Source: Bdellovibrionota bacterium
GTDB lineage: Bacteria > Bdellovibrionota_C > UBA2361 > JBGSMV01
Assembly: GCA_044356455.1 (NCBI GenBank)
Contig: JBIKWF010000005.1
Span: forward strand, 21,565-85,564
Length of the DNA: 64,000 nt
Reading direction: 5' to 3'
In this document: in pieces, positions 37,994-47,491 of the stretch
Position numbering within the stretch: position 1 is the stretch's first letter
How the letters are laid out: each line of letters begins with the position of its first letter
The notes under the pieces: model-generated
Databases searched by the model: none
What the model was told of the DNA's origin: nothing
Seen by the model: the letters and a program-made list of their open reading frames with translations, nothing else
Position numbers and translations under genes: made by a program

Positions 37994-39847
37994 ATGGGTG
38001 TCATCTCCTTCGGGAGCAACATCGCCGCGCTTCGAGCTCTTCGCCGTCTTAACGACAGCTCGAATGATCTTGCGCGCACTTCTGAAAAATTATCGTCAGG
38101 TCAAAGAATTAACCGTGCGAGCGACGACGCGGCTTCACTCGCAATATCTTCTTCGCTTCGAAAAGATGTCAACGTGTACTCACAGGCCCTTCGAAATGGA
38201 GGCGACGCGATTTCGGCCTTGAGCATTGTTGAGGGCAGTCTCACGCAGTTAAGTTCAGTACTTATGCGCCTCAAGGAGCTTGCCACTCAGGCCTCCAATG
38301 GAACGTTCTCCCTAACGCAGCGCCTCTCCCTCGACGAGGAAGGTGAGCAGTTAACCCTAGAGTTTAATCGTATCGTGGGGTCCACTGAATTTAACGGAAT
38401 TAACCTTCTCAACGGTCTTTTTGGGCGGATGAATGTGCAGTTGGGGTATGGAACAAATGGCTCAATTGGATTCGGGGTAGGGCAGGAGCTTGATCGCAAT
38501 AAGGGCACGGGTTTTCAGGATGGGTCCCAGTTCGTGGCAGCTTCAACAGTTCCTACAGATCCCGATCTCGCGGATCTCAACGGAGATGGAAACTTAGATC
38601 TGATAGTAAGGGACAGTACCTCTATTCGCGTTAGTATGGGTAATGGAGATGGAACGTTTCGCTCTCAGACGAGCTATTCCTTCTCCGAGGTCTCAGCACT
38701 TGGAGCCGTGGGCGACTTAAATGGAGACGGAATTCTTGATCTTGTCACAGGTGGAGCAACGCTAGGGGTGGGGGTCCGCTATGGGGTAGGAGATGGGACC
38801 TTTGGCGCAGAGACTCGTATTGCGGTGGGGGGAAATGTCAGCGGACAGGTAATTCTTGGTGATTTTAATGGAGACGGCACTCTTGATGTAGCAGGTTCTA
38901 GTACAAGTTCCTCTTCGGTATTTATGGCGCAATCTAATGGGGCGGGGGGCTACTCCCTAAGCTCGTACGCAGCGGGGGCGAATATTCGCTCACTGACCGT
39001 GGGGAATTTGAATTCAGACGGGTTTGACGACCTTCTCATAAAGGACAGCTCCGGAGACTTGAGGATTGGCTTGGGGAAAAGTGGGTCGGGGCTCACCGCA
39101 GGTTCTACTATCGATGTTACCTCAACTAACTCGGGAACGATTGAAGTGGCAGACTTTAATTTTGATGGGATTCTGGATGTGGTGGCAAGTGGAGGTACTT
39201 CGCTTAATGTGCTTCTTGGAAATGGTGACGGCACCTTTCAGACTGCGACGAATTACTCTGTGGGAAGCACCCAGGGAATTTCTACTCGAGATATGAATGG
39301 TGACGGCATTCCAGATCTTACTTACGCGACGCTCGGCTCTATACGTTTTCTTCGTGGTATCGGGGATGGAAGCTTTGCGACTGAAACTAGTTTCACTGCT
39401 ACTCTTGCTGCGGGGAGATTCGCCGTAGGAGATATTAACGGAGACGGAGTGCCTGATTTGCTGGGTGCGGACGCTTCAGCCCCCGATAGTATTCAGACGG
39501 CCCTTGCTACTACCACGACAACAACTTCGATTGAGCGCTTCAATCTCACCACTCAGCAAAGTGCAAGGGATGCGCTCTCTCAGATTTCAAGTGCACTGGA
39601 TCGGCTTAGCCGAGAGCTTGGGGCTATTGGCGGCGCCCAGAGCCGTATCAACGTGGCTCTTGGCGCGATTGCCGCAAGCAGGGAAAATAGCGCGGCGGCG
39701 GAGAGCCGAATCATGAGCGCTGACGTGGCAATCGAGTCGGCAAATATGATTCGCCTCAAGATTCTCCAAGAGGCGGGCGCCGCTGTTCTTGGCCAGGCAA
39801 ATACTCAGCCCTCATTGGCACTTACGCTACTTTCCTCTACCCGCTAG
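37994..39847 (+). CDS. Flagellin with a seven-repeat FG-GAP/VCBS insertion (second paralogue)
   Basis: N domain EKLSSGQRINRASDDAA...RLKELATQASNG...TEFNG; C domain LGAIGGAQSRI...ESRIMSADVAIES...LGQAN; seven DxNGDGxxD-type motifs. Confidence 0.92.
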   Translation: MGVISFGSNIAALRALRRLNDSSNDLARTSEKLSSGQRINRASDDAASLAISSSLRKDVNVYSQALRNGGDAISALSIVEGSLTQLSSVLMRLKELATQASNGTFSLTQRLSLDEEGEQLTLEFNRIVGSTEFNGINLLNGLFGRMNVQLGYGTNGSIGFGVGQELDRNKGTGFQDGSQFVAASTVPTDPDLADLNGDGNLDLIVRDSTSIRVSMGNGDGTFRSQTSYSFSEVSALGAVGDLNGDGILDLVTGGATLGVGVRYGVGDGTFGAETRIAVGGNVSGQVILGDFNGDGTLDVAGSSTSSSSVFMAQSNGAGGYSLSSYAAGANIRSLTVGNLNSDGFDDLLIKDSSGDLRIGLGKSGSGLTAGSTIDVTSTNSGTIEVADFNFDGILDVVASGGTSLNVLLGNGDGTFQTATNYSVGSTQGISTRDMNGDGIPDLTYATLGSIRFLRGIGDGSFATETSFTATLAAGRFAVGDINGDGVPDLLGADASAPDSIQTALATTTTTTSIERFNLTTQQSARDALSQISSALDRLSRELGAIGGAQSRINVALGAIAASRENSAAAESRIMSADVAIESANMIRLKILQEAGAAVLGQANTQPSLALTLLSSTR

Positions 39848-39955
39848 GGATCTGTCCCGTAAAGATTCCTCCCTCTCCCTGTTGTGGTGGCAACGGGACA
39901 CACTCCTAGCCCGCCCCTTGGATACCTGCGCTTACAAGGCTATACTGGTGGGCCC

Positions 39956-41389
39956 ATGTCAATGCAACCTCAACCAGACCCGGCGCCACAGCGGCAACGT
40001 CGTTCCGATTTAGATGGAATTGATGAATCTGATCCGAGGTATCGCATATCGAGTGCTACCACGGACGCTTGCCTTTGCTTGTTCAATGGCTTGAGGCCGC
40101 CCCTTCAGCAGCAACTGCTCGAGCAGCGCAAGGACCGCACGCGTACACTTCAGGGCCTTTTGGATGGCCTCGGTGATGAATCGCCGCCCTTGAACGCAAC
40201 TCGCTCGTTAGTTCTTGCCATAGGTGGAGATACGCAAGTTTTCATTGAGGGGCTAGACTCCAAAGCCGAGATCGTTCCGTTTGTGGCAGTGGAGCTCCCG
40301 CTATCGCCTGATGCTAAAAGGTCTCTTGCAGAGCTTCGCCTGGGGATTTTCTTTCCCCTCTTACCCTCATATGTAATGGCACCTGATGAGCTACTCACTT
40401 CACGAGGAGCCAACCCCTCTCGCGCGAATGCCCTCGTGGCGGCGCTCCGCTGGATGGAGCTTATGGATCGAGTGAGTGTCTATTCTCCAGAGATTCTTGA
40501 CCTCACTATTTCAGCCATATTCGGCGGTGGCGACACTCGGCCATTCGCTCACATAACGGGCAAGGAAGTGATCGAAGAGTTGTTTACCCGCCGCCTTGAC
40601 TCATTTGATGAGGCTTATGCCTCCTGCGAGAGATTGGGCTTAGAGGTTTCTGGCATCGACGTTTATCGCGGCATTAAGGCTGGAGCGGTTTCACGGAGTT
40701 CTGCAACTGAACGCGTATTTATGCATTTCGAGAACGCGCGGGAGGAGCCGCGAGTACGAGCGCCCCAGTTTGCTCGGGTCACAGAGCTACTTTCGGCGAA
40801 AAAATTTATCTTCTTTCGACGGCACTCTCTTGAGTCCGCTCACGCAAAAAATCCCGAGACGCTGCCTTCGGTCGAGGGAGTGGAGCAGGGGCTTCGTGTG
40901 CTTAACGAGATTCATATTGGAGAAGGCTCTGCGCTCGGTTCGCTTATTTCGGAGCTAGAGACAGTGACACGTGTCTTAGTTAATTTGCGTTCTGCGAGTG
41001 TGGTGGGTGGTTTAGACAAGATCGTAGGAGGCGCACTATGCCGCGCATTTGAACTTTCGAATAGTTCAGTCGCAGAACTTCGAGCCCTTGAGACTGGCCT
41101 TTCGTGGCGTGAGTTGAATAGAAGAGCGGCATTCCTTAAAGTGCTTGGACATCTTGAATTGATAGAAGAGCACTTTGTCCAGGCTATCTTGGAAGTAAAG
41201 GACGTGCTTTTCTATTCCAATCTTGAGCAGGATCACGAGAGCTTTGCTGAAGCGATCTCTGAGGCTTATTTCGGCACAATTCAAACTTTGCGCTGCCTTC
41301 GAGAGCGGATTGACCAGGCGTTTCCCGGGATGCTTGGTTTTAAGGACGCTCCAGAGGTTAGGGAACCTCCGAAAGACCTCCCTTCTTAA
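39956..41389 (+). CDS. Orphan hypothetical protein
   Basis: Long ORF (open from 39884); ATG 39956 follows TTGGAT-N17-TATACT; the C-terminus reads into a MITE. Confidence 0.7.
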   Translation: MSMQPQPDPAPQRQRRSDLDGIDESDPRYRISSATTDACLCLFNGLRPPLQQQLLEQRKDRTRTLQGLLDGLGDESPPLNATRSLVLAIGGDTQVFIEGLDSKAEIVPFVAVELPLSPDAKRSLAELRLGIFFPLLPSYVMAPDELLTSRGANPSRANALVAALRWMELMDRVSVYSPEILDLTISAIFGGGDTRPFAHITGKEVIEELFTRRLDSFDEAYASCERLGLEVSGIDVYRGIKAGAVSRSSATERVFMHFENAREEPRVRAPQFARVTELLSAKKFIFFRRHSLESAHAKNPETLPSVEGVEQGLRVLNEIHIGEGSALGSLISELETVTRVLVNLRSASVVGGLDKIVGGALCRAFELSNSSVAELRALETGLSWRELNRRAAFLKVLGHLELIEEHFVQAILEVKDVLFYSNLEQDHESFAEAISEAYFGTIQTLRCLRERIDQAFPGMLGFKDAPEVREPPKDLPS

Positions 41390-41466
41390 TACACCTCTTT
41401 GTACCTCCGTGTCCTCTGTGGTGAGTCCCTTGATGAAAATTTCGCCACAGAAGTTGCAGAGGTTTC
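41362..41466. mobile_element. MITE-like element
   Basis: ttag-GGAACCTCCGAAA...CAGAGGTTTC-ctag; interior similar to the 24041 and 48477 copies. Confidence 0.7.
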
Positions 41467-41521
41467 CTAGATTGTTGGAGTGAGCCTTTTTCTGGCCGGC
41501 GCGCGCGCAGGTAATCCGAAC

Positions 41522-42922
41522 TTATGTCCGCTTTTGTATGGTGGTCACTGCTTGGGTGAGCATGTGATAGAGCTTTCCTGGGGCCATGCGGCTTAGTGCG
41601 AGCGATAATCCCATCTGTTCCGCGGCTGGTGAGGGAATAAACTTAGCAAAAGTCGCGAGCACTTTTATTTCGTCCTGCTGCTCCACGAGAGCGTTACATA
41701 GGCTTTCAAGCTCGGTTCGCAGCAGTGAATCTTCCGAGAGGTACCCCATCGCGAGCTTTAAGGCGACTAGTGTTTCCTTTCCAGAGCAAAGAAGCGACGT
41801 CAGTTGTCCAATAAAGAAAGGAAAGTCACGTTCAAACGCGTGAGCGCGCGAGGCAATTCGTCTTAGTCCAGCGATGTAGGGAAGCCCTGGTAACGTGAGC
41901 GAGAGGGCCACGAGACCTGTGGGAGTAAAATGAAGAAGAAGTCCACATGCTATCCCAAATAGGCAAAGTCCGCCTTGAGTTAAGCGATACATCTCAGGCC
42001 GAAGGGGAATCCCCGCGTAGGCAAGAAAACTGCTCAGAGGCTGATGCGCATAACGAGCGAGGCGTCCCGGAGCCTGTGCCGTTGAGAGCACGGCGGCGAG
42101 GTCCTGCAATGCCTTGACCGTGCTTGCTCCTTGCTCAGCACCCCGCTCCATGCAGGCGAAGAGGTGCCGCACATCCCGAATCCCCGTACCAGCTGCTTCA
42201 GCTCTGAGGGTCGACGCGAGAGAACCGGACTCCTGCGTGCGCAGAGCGACCTTGCTGAGAAGGTCAACGAAGAAACCCCTTGTTTCGCGGAGGCGATAGA
42301 CCTCAAGTATCTTCTTTAGGCCCGACTCAACGTCATAACCCGCAACAAGCATTGCAATCATTTGCTGAGCAAATGCGGGAAGGGTAGCTTCGATTTCTCG
42401 CCGAGCTGCCCGCGCAAGATGCCAGATATAGATCCCTGACCCTATGGCAGCGCTAAGGAGTCCAAGATTTATGCCGCCCGCAAAGTGAGTAAAGCTTCTC
42501 GGTGGGTGCAATATGGCGGCAAGTCCCGCTACCAATCCGATAAGAGCAAAGACAAAAACGAGACGAATGCCGAAGTGCCTTCGCGTTTCGTATTCTGAGA
42601 GTCCCGCAAGAGAGAGAACCTGGTCAAATGGTGGTGGTTCCTGAGGTTTCACTCGAAGACGAGCCGCTTGCTTCGCTTTTTCAAATACCTCAGGGTCCTC
42701 TCGTATGGCCTTGAGGCTGGCGACCCCGGTCGGTAGATTGAGTGCGGCAATCTCCTGCTCAACTTCGTGTCTGGATTTTGGGCCGCGCTGCCTAAGGAAG
42801 ATCAGGAAAATTCCAAAAGAGTAGAGGACGCTTTGGGCAAGTAGTGCGGTAGTGTTGAATAGCACACTTGGAGACTTCCATCTCTCGCCAGGCCTGTCGA
42901 CATGCCAAAATGCGCCGTTCAT
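41522..42922 (-). CDS. Type II secretion system F-family (TadB/TadC-like) double-domain protein
   Basis: Two modules, EIEATLPAFAQQMIAMLVAGYDVESGL and AFERDFPFFIGQLTSLLCSGKETLVAL, each preceded by a TM pair; start uncertain (42865-43057). Confidence 0.65.
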   Translation of the reverse strand: MNGAFWHVDRPGERWKSPSVLFNTTALLAQSVLYSFGIFLIFLRQRGPKSRHEVEQEIAALNLPTGVASLKAIREDPEVFEKAKQAARLRVKPQEPPPFDQVLSLAGLSEYETRRHFGIRLVFVFALIGLVAGLAAILHPPRSFTHFAGGINLGLLSAAIGSGIYIWHLARAARREIEATLPAFAQQMIAMLVAGYDVESGLKKILEVYRLRETRGFFVDLLSKVALRTQESGSLASTLRAEAAGTGIRDVRHLFACMERGAEQGASTVKALQDLAAVLSTAQAPGRLARYAHQPLSSFLAYAGIPLRPEMYRLTQGGLCLFGIACGLLLHFTPTGLVALSLTLPGLPYIAGLRRIASRAHAFERDFPFFIGQLTSLLCSGKETLVALKLAMGYLSEDSLLRTELESLCNALVEQQDEIKVLATFAKFIPSPAAEQMGLSLALSRMAPGKLYHMLTQAVTTIQKRT

Positions 42923-43116
42923 TTTCGTAGCGGGGATGAGAATCGACCTCCCATAAGACGATTCGTGTAAAGTTCCCAGGGCGGGCGGGCACGTCTTTCT
43001 ACTCGGCACACCTCTTGCTCCTATGTCTTGCGGGGGTCTGTATGCACATGGCGCCATCCATCAGTAAGGGAGGCGTTATCCAATCGCGCAGTCCAAAATG
43101 GATTGTAGAGGGTTGA

Positions 43117-45291
43117 ATGTGCTCGCATTTTTCTAAGATCGGCAAGTTAGTAACCGAAAAGGGCGCTCCCTTGGCTCTTCGGGCCCTCATAGTTTTTCTT
43201 AGCCTCATTGCTTACCAATCCTCATGTTCAGTAGCCGAAGCGCAGAGCCCGGCATGCACCGATGACGCGCTTGCAGATTGGCAGGGAGAGCGCAGCGCAA
43301 AGAGCCTCGAACTTGATAACCTCTCCGTACGCCTAGGACTGAATAAGGTCGCTTGTGGGGCAAGAAAGGCTAATCTTAAGAAAAAGATCAAAAAACTAAC
43401 AAAATTAACCAAGCAGCTTGAGAGTGAGTGCAAAGGGGCAGGTAAGCTGGACTCCTGTTTGAAGGCGAAGGCAAAGTTGCTGGCTTTGAAAGCTGCGATA
43501 GAGAAAAAAGAGCGTGTTAAAGTTAGCTGCAGAAAGAGGCGTCGTGCCATTCGCAGAGAGATTTCAGGCAAGCAGGCAGCTCTTTCTGTCATTGATCAAT
43601 TCATCGAGGGCTGTCAGCCGCTTCTTTCCCCCCCGCAGGCCACTCCCGACCCCACCCCCACTCCCGTAGTCCCTCTTCCCTCGCTGCCTGTTCCCCAGTG
43701 CGCCGATGGAATCGATAATGATGAAGACGGGCTTGTTGACGCAGCGCAGGACCCAGGATGTGAAAATGCGGATGATGACAGTGAATCGAGTGAAGGGCTT
43801 CAACTGGCCGATCAGGTGACTCAGTGGGGCATCACCTTTGCGTTCGATAAGCCCTACCGGACCGGGCAATTTGTGAACGGGGACTATTGGGTTGCTCCTG
43901 ACGCACCTGGAGGAACAGTTACGATTGTCCAGACGCTACCCCTATCAGCCAATGGGCGACACGGTCTTGAGCTCAATCCGAGCCGAGAGCATGGTATTTG
44001 GCAGCCCTATGACTCGAGAGTCAATATGTATCAGGCGGCGCTTCTGCCCGTGCTTCCGCTTCAGGTGAAAGCTGGAGATGCAGTGTTAAAAGTGATCTCG
44101 GGCGAGGAGGCTTGCTCATACCCAGTAAATCTCCAGTGCCTCACCACGGCGGCTGTTCTTACTGTGCTTGACGAAGTTCCCGTGCAACGCGGTGCGACGT
44201 TCTTTCGCCCCCCCTATGTGAAGGGTGTGAAGAAGTTAGTCTCGGTTAACCAAATTGATTGGACCTTAATTCCGTTCTTCGAGGCGCCTCCCGGCGCAGG
44301 CTCTCCCAATATCGCTCAGTATGAAAACCAGTTGGAGAGAGTTCAAATCGATCACTTAGCGATTCACGAAGGAAGACATAAGCCTAAGCTCAATTCGAAA
44401 TCGTATGGTCAGGACATCTCCATCCGAAATAATGAGCTCATGCTTGCACTCTTTACGAGTAGTGATGCGAAAGTGCGATTCGACCTCACCGTACAGATGG
44501 TCCAGTACGGACTCGATCTCTTTTCTTTTCTTGAGGATGGTCAGCATTGGGAAGCGGCAGGGGGACACGGTTATGGGAGATTGTTACCGGTTGTATTTGC
44601 GGGAGCCGTGCTTCATGACGAGCTTATAAAAAGCTTCTTGCAGACGGAGGATGAATATCGATTTGGGGAAACCAATTCCACGTATGTTAGCCCGACTACA
44701 GGCAAAGCCCTCTATGGCGAAGTCATGTCAGCGTGCACAGAGTTCCAGTATTGGGATGCCATGAGGTCCCACGGAACAGCGCGAGCTTGTCGTGATCCTT
44801 ATCCTGCACAGGGCTCCATCGATGGGGGTGAAATAGCGGGTGCGTTGTATCAATCGCAAGTGGCAGGGACCGTGCAAGCGACTTTTATGATCTTCAAGTT
44901 AATGCCAAGCCTGTCAGCGTTTTTCTATGATGCGGGATTCATGGAATATGCGAAGCGCTGGCTTTTACATGGCGCTTCAACGAGTGGCGACACTTGTGCC
45001 CCCGCCATTGGTGTTTGTGACGGTGGGATTAACCCTGGGCTGGCAACAACATCGGCCAAAGCGTCCATTGACTGCTTAGGAATCCCGAATAGTGGAGTTC
45101 CGGCTAAATTTGAAGCTGATATGTCGCAGTACGGAGAGGCGTTTGGTCCTAATGGAAGCGGCGGTTGTATCGAGGATACAGATCCCTCAGATGGAATCGG
45201 CAGATTCCCACTCCAGGAGGGGGTGTATGGCGAGAATGGGCTTACGCCATTTCAGAAGGCTATACGCAATGCCTATCTTGTTGTTGAATAG
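43117..45291 (+). CDS. Large exported multidomain protein
   Basis: Signal-like segment, Lys/Cys-rich coiled region, Pro/Thr linker, QCADGIDNDEDGLVD..DPGC Ca-binding-like motif, then a ~500 aa domain beginning TQWGITF...GQFVNGDYWV. Confidence 0.75.
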   Translation: MCSHFSKIGKLVTEKGAPLALRALIVFLSLIAYQSSCSVAEAQSPACTDDALADWQGERSAKSLELDNLSVRLGLNKVACGARKANLKKKIKKLTKLTKQLESECKGAGKLDSCLKAKAKLLALKAAIEKKERVKVSCRKRRRAIRREISGKQAALSVIDQFIEGCQPLLSPPQATPDPTPTPVVPLPSLPVPQCADGIDNDEDGLVDAAQDPGCENADDDSESSEGLQLADQVTQWGITFAFDKPYRTGQFVNGDYWVAPDAPGGTVTIVQTLPLSANGRHGLELNPSREHGIWQPYDSRVNMYQAALLPVLPLQVKAGDAVLKVISGEEACSYPVNLQCLTTAAVLTVLDEVPVQRGATFFRPPYVKGVKKLVSVNQIDWTLIPFFEAPPGAGSPNIAQYENQLERVQIDHLAIHEGRHKPKLNSKSYGQDISIRNNELMLALFTSSDAKVRFDLTVQMVQYGLDLFSFLEDGQHWEAAGGHGYGRLLPVVFAGAVLHDELIKSFLQTEDEYRFGETNSTYVSPTTGKALYGEVMSACTEFQYWDAMRSHGTARACRDPYPAQGSIDGGEIAGALYQSQVAGTVQATFMIFKLMPSLSAFFYDAGFMEYAKRWLLHGASTSGDTCAPAIGVCDGGINPGLATTSAKASIDCLGIPNSGVPAKFEADMSQYGEAFGPNGSGGCIEDTDPSDGIGRFPLQEGVYGENGLTPFQKAIRNAYLVVE

Positions 45292-45313
45292 TGGGCGCTA
45301 ACTGCACTGTTAG

Positions 45314-45437
45314 GGAGCCTCTGAAAAACATCGCTATTTTCTTTCTCGGTGAACTCTGTGTCCTCTGTGGTTTTTCAACAATTTCAATCAACCACAGAGG
45401 GCGCAGAGTTCACAGAGTGGACTTTTTCAGAGGCTCC
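45314..45437. mobile_element. MITE-like element
   Basis: ttag-GGAGCCTCTGAAAAA...TTTTTCAGAGGCTCC-ccag; opposite orientation to the 54077 copy. Confidence 0.75.
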
Positions 45438-45441
45438 CCAG

Positions 45442-47388
45442 CTACCGCCTCTCCGGAATTCGATTCTCTCGATAGGCCTGACACAGGAGCTCAAGCGCTT
45501 CGATGGAATGCTTAAGATGCTCTCCACGTTCCGTGTCCTTCACTAATCGTGGAGGCGAAAAGGAACTTAGTACCTGGATTGAGGGAATAATATCCATTCC
45601 TTTCTCTAAAGCGGCGCGCACTGACTCAAACTGATGATGCTGGGCGAGGTAGGTTCGGTCAGACTCAAGAACGAGAGTGTAGCCTTTGTCGCCATAGGCC
45701 TGAGAGAAGGCCCCATCTATAGTTACTGCTTTCCCACTTCTCTTAAGAGGAGATTCTCCCTTTTCAATTTTTACGGGCACGTGACCATTTACAATCAGTC
45801 CGTGCTCCTCACGAACACCAAATTCCTTTAGGACTTCAACGCAGAAATCTTTTTCGTGGATCAGTGAAAAATAAGGGTTTTTGTGCTCATGATGGGTTTC
45901 CTTGTCGGCAATGAAATAGGTCTCAAACGTGGCCATGCAGTCTTTTCCAAAGAGAGGAGAGAGCGGGCCGCTCCAAAGATACCATAGCAAATCGAGATCC
46001 GTCTCGCGCTTCTCTCGAAACGCTCGCTGCACGGAAAGAGTGAGGGCGTCAAAAAGAGCCCGTCCTGAATGCGCAGCGCCATCAACGGGGAAGGAAAGAA
46101 AATTACCCCTCTCATCTACAGGGACGCAGCCGTGGAATATAAGGTGATTGTCTCGAATAAGGTACATGGCTCCGCGATCGGCCAGGTATTTCATATGTTG
46201 CCACAGGCGTGGGCTAAACAAGAAAGATTCGCAAAGCTCCTGCATGCAGCGTGTTTCCTCGGGAGTTAGCGCATAGGGGTCTGCGGGATTCACCGTTGGA
46301 AACTCCTTGTCGACGAGCGGGTAGGCCTTACCTCCGCGCGTCACTGTCCCATCTGCGAGATTCAAGTGATGCAGAAAATTGCGAGGACTGTATCCAAAGT
46401 GCGGGTTGCGCTTGGCTGCGGCTGCTTCAAGCTTAAACTGAAGTATTGCGACTGCTTTTTGCATCCTGGCAATAAGCGCTGGGTCGCGGGTCCCAACTCC
46501 TTTGGCCATGAAATTAGTGGCTGGGTCTGATGCATAGGGCCCATTTGCAAGGTCCTCAAGCGGCGTCAGTGGAATTCCGTAGCCTTCTTCAAGCTGCGAG
46601 AGGCGCTGGTAGCGCAGAGACATTCTAAGAACCGTAGCAATACAGACCCAAGAGCCGAGGCATGCTCCCATCCAGGAAACGTCATGATTGCCCCAGGTGA
46701 TCGAAACTTTTGGTTGCCTCATCACGTAATCGATAACTCTATCAATGCGTGGTCCTCTATCGCCAAAGTCACCGGCAATAATGATCTCAGAAATTGAGAG
46801 GTTCCGAATGACGCGGCTCATCGAACGGAGGAGATCCACCTCGCGTCCCTCTTCGCAGAAGCGACCGATGAGGGCGGCCAGAAATGCTTCGTCTCTCTTG
46901 AGCACGGGGGCATACACAAGCTCTCGGAAGAACGCGGCAAGGTCATTCGGAAATGTGGCCTCAACTTTTTCAAGTGGGTAGTGGATGGCAAGGGCGCGTA
47001 AAATCTCGGCCTGGCGCTGGATTGAGGTACGCACGTATTGTTTGCGGTCCTCACGCGATGCTAATCGCGAAAAGACAAAGTTTGTCATTTCGAGCGGATA
47101 GTATATGACATTAAGAAGTTGAAGGCGCTCTGCTTTGGATAACGTTTGACCAAAAAGGCTATCGACAAGGGGACGCAGACACCCAGAGGCATTATTAATC
47201 ACATGCCGTAGCTTAATATGCTCACCATGAATGTCGCTGATTACGTGCACGCTCCCTTTCGGCAGGGTGCGCTCAGCTTCCCATGCGCTCAGGCGAGAGA
47301 GGGTGGAGCTGGAGTTGGGATAGAGCCGCGAGAGCTCAGAAAGATAGGCAAGATTCGATGCGGTGAAGGATTCGTTTGATGTACCCAT
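45442..47388 (-). CDS. fbp: Fructose-1,6-bisphosphatase class III
   Basis: LPKGSVHVISDIHGE, NNASG, GDFGDRGP, WGNHDVSWMGA, FHGCVP, NGHVPVK, IDGAFSQAY. Confidence 0.9.
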   Translation of the reverse strand: MGTSNESFTASNLAYLSELSRLYPNSSSTLSRLSAWEAERTLPKGSVHVISDIHGEHIKLRHVINNASGCLRPLVDSLFGQTLSKAERLQLLNVIYYPLEMTNFVFSRLASREDRKQYVRTSIQRQAEILRALAIHYPLEKVEATFPNDLAAFFRELVYAPVLKRDEAFLAALIGRFCEEGREVDLLRSMSRVIRNLSISEIIIAGDFGDRGPRIDRVIDYVMRQPKVSITWGNHDVSWMGACLGSWVCIATVLRMSLRYQRLSQLEEGYGIPLTPLEDLANGPYASDPATNFMAKGVGTRDPALIARMQKAVAILQFKLEAAAAKRNPHFGYSPRNFLHHLNLADGTVTRGGKAYPLVDKEFPTVNPADPYALTPEETRCMQELCESFLFSPRLWQHMKYLADRGAMYLIRDNHLIFHGCVPVDERGNFLSFPVDGAAHSGRALFDALTLSVQRAFREKRETDLDLLWYLWSGPLSPLFGKDCMATFETYFIADKETHHEHKNPYFSLIHEKDFCVEVLKEFGVREEHGLIVNGHVPVKIEKGESPLKRSGKAVTIDGAFSQAYGDKGYTLVLESDRTYLAQHHQFESVRAALEKGMDIIPSIQVLSSFSPPRLVKDTERGEHLKHSIEALELLCQAYRENRIPERR

Positions 47389-47491
47389 GGCTGCTCTCGG
47401 TGGGTGAAGTGCATTTGCCCTCCACCTAAAGTTGATGGGCGAAGACTACCACTAAGACCACTAAGACCACGAAGGGGAATTTTTAGAAGGG

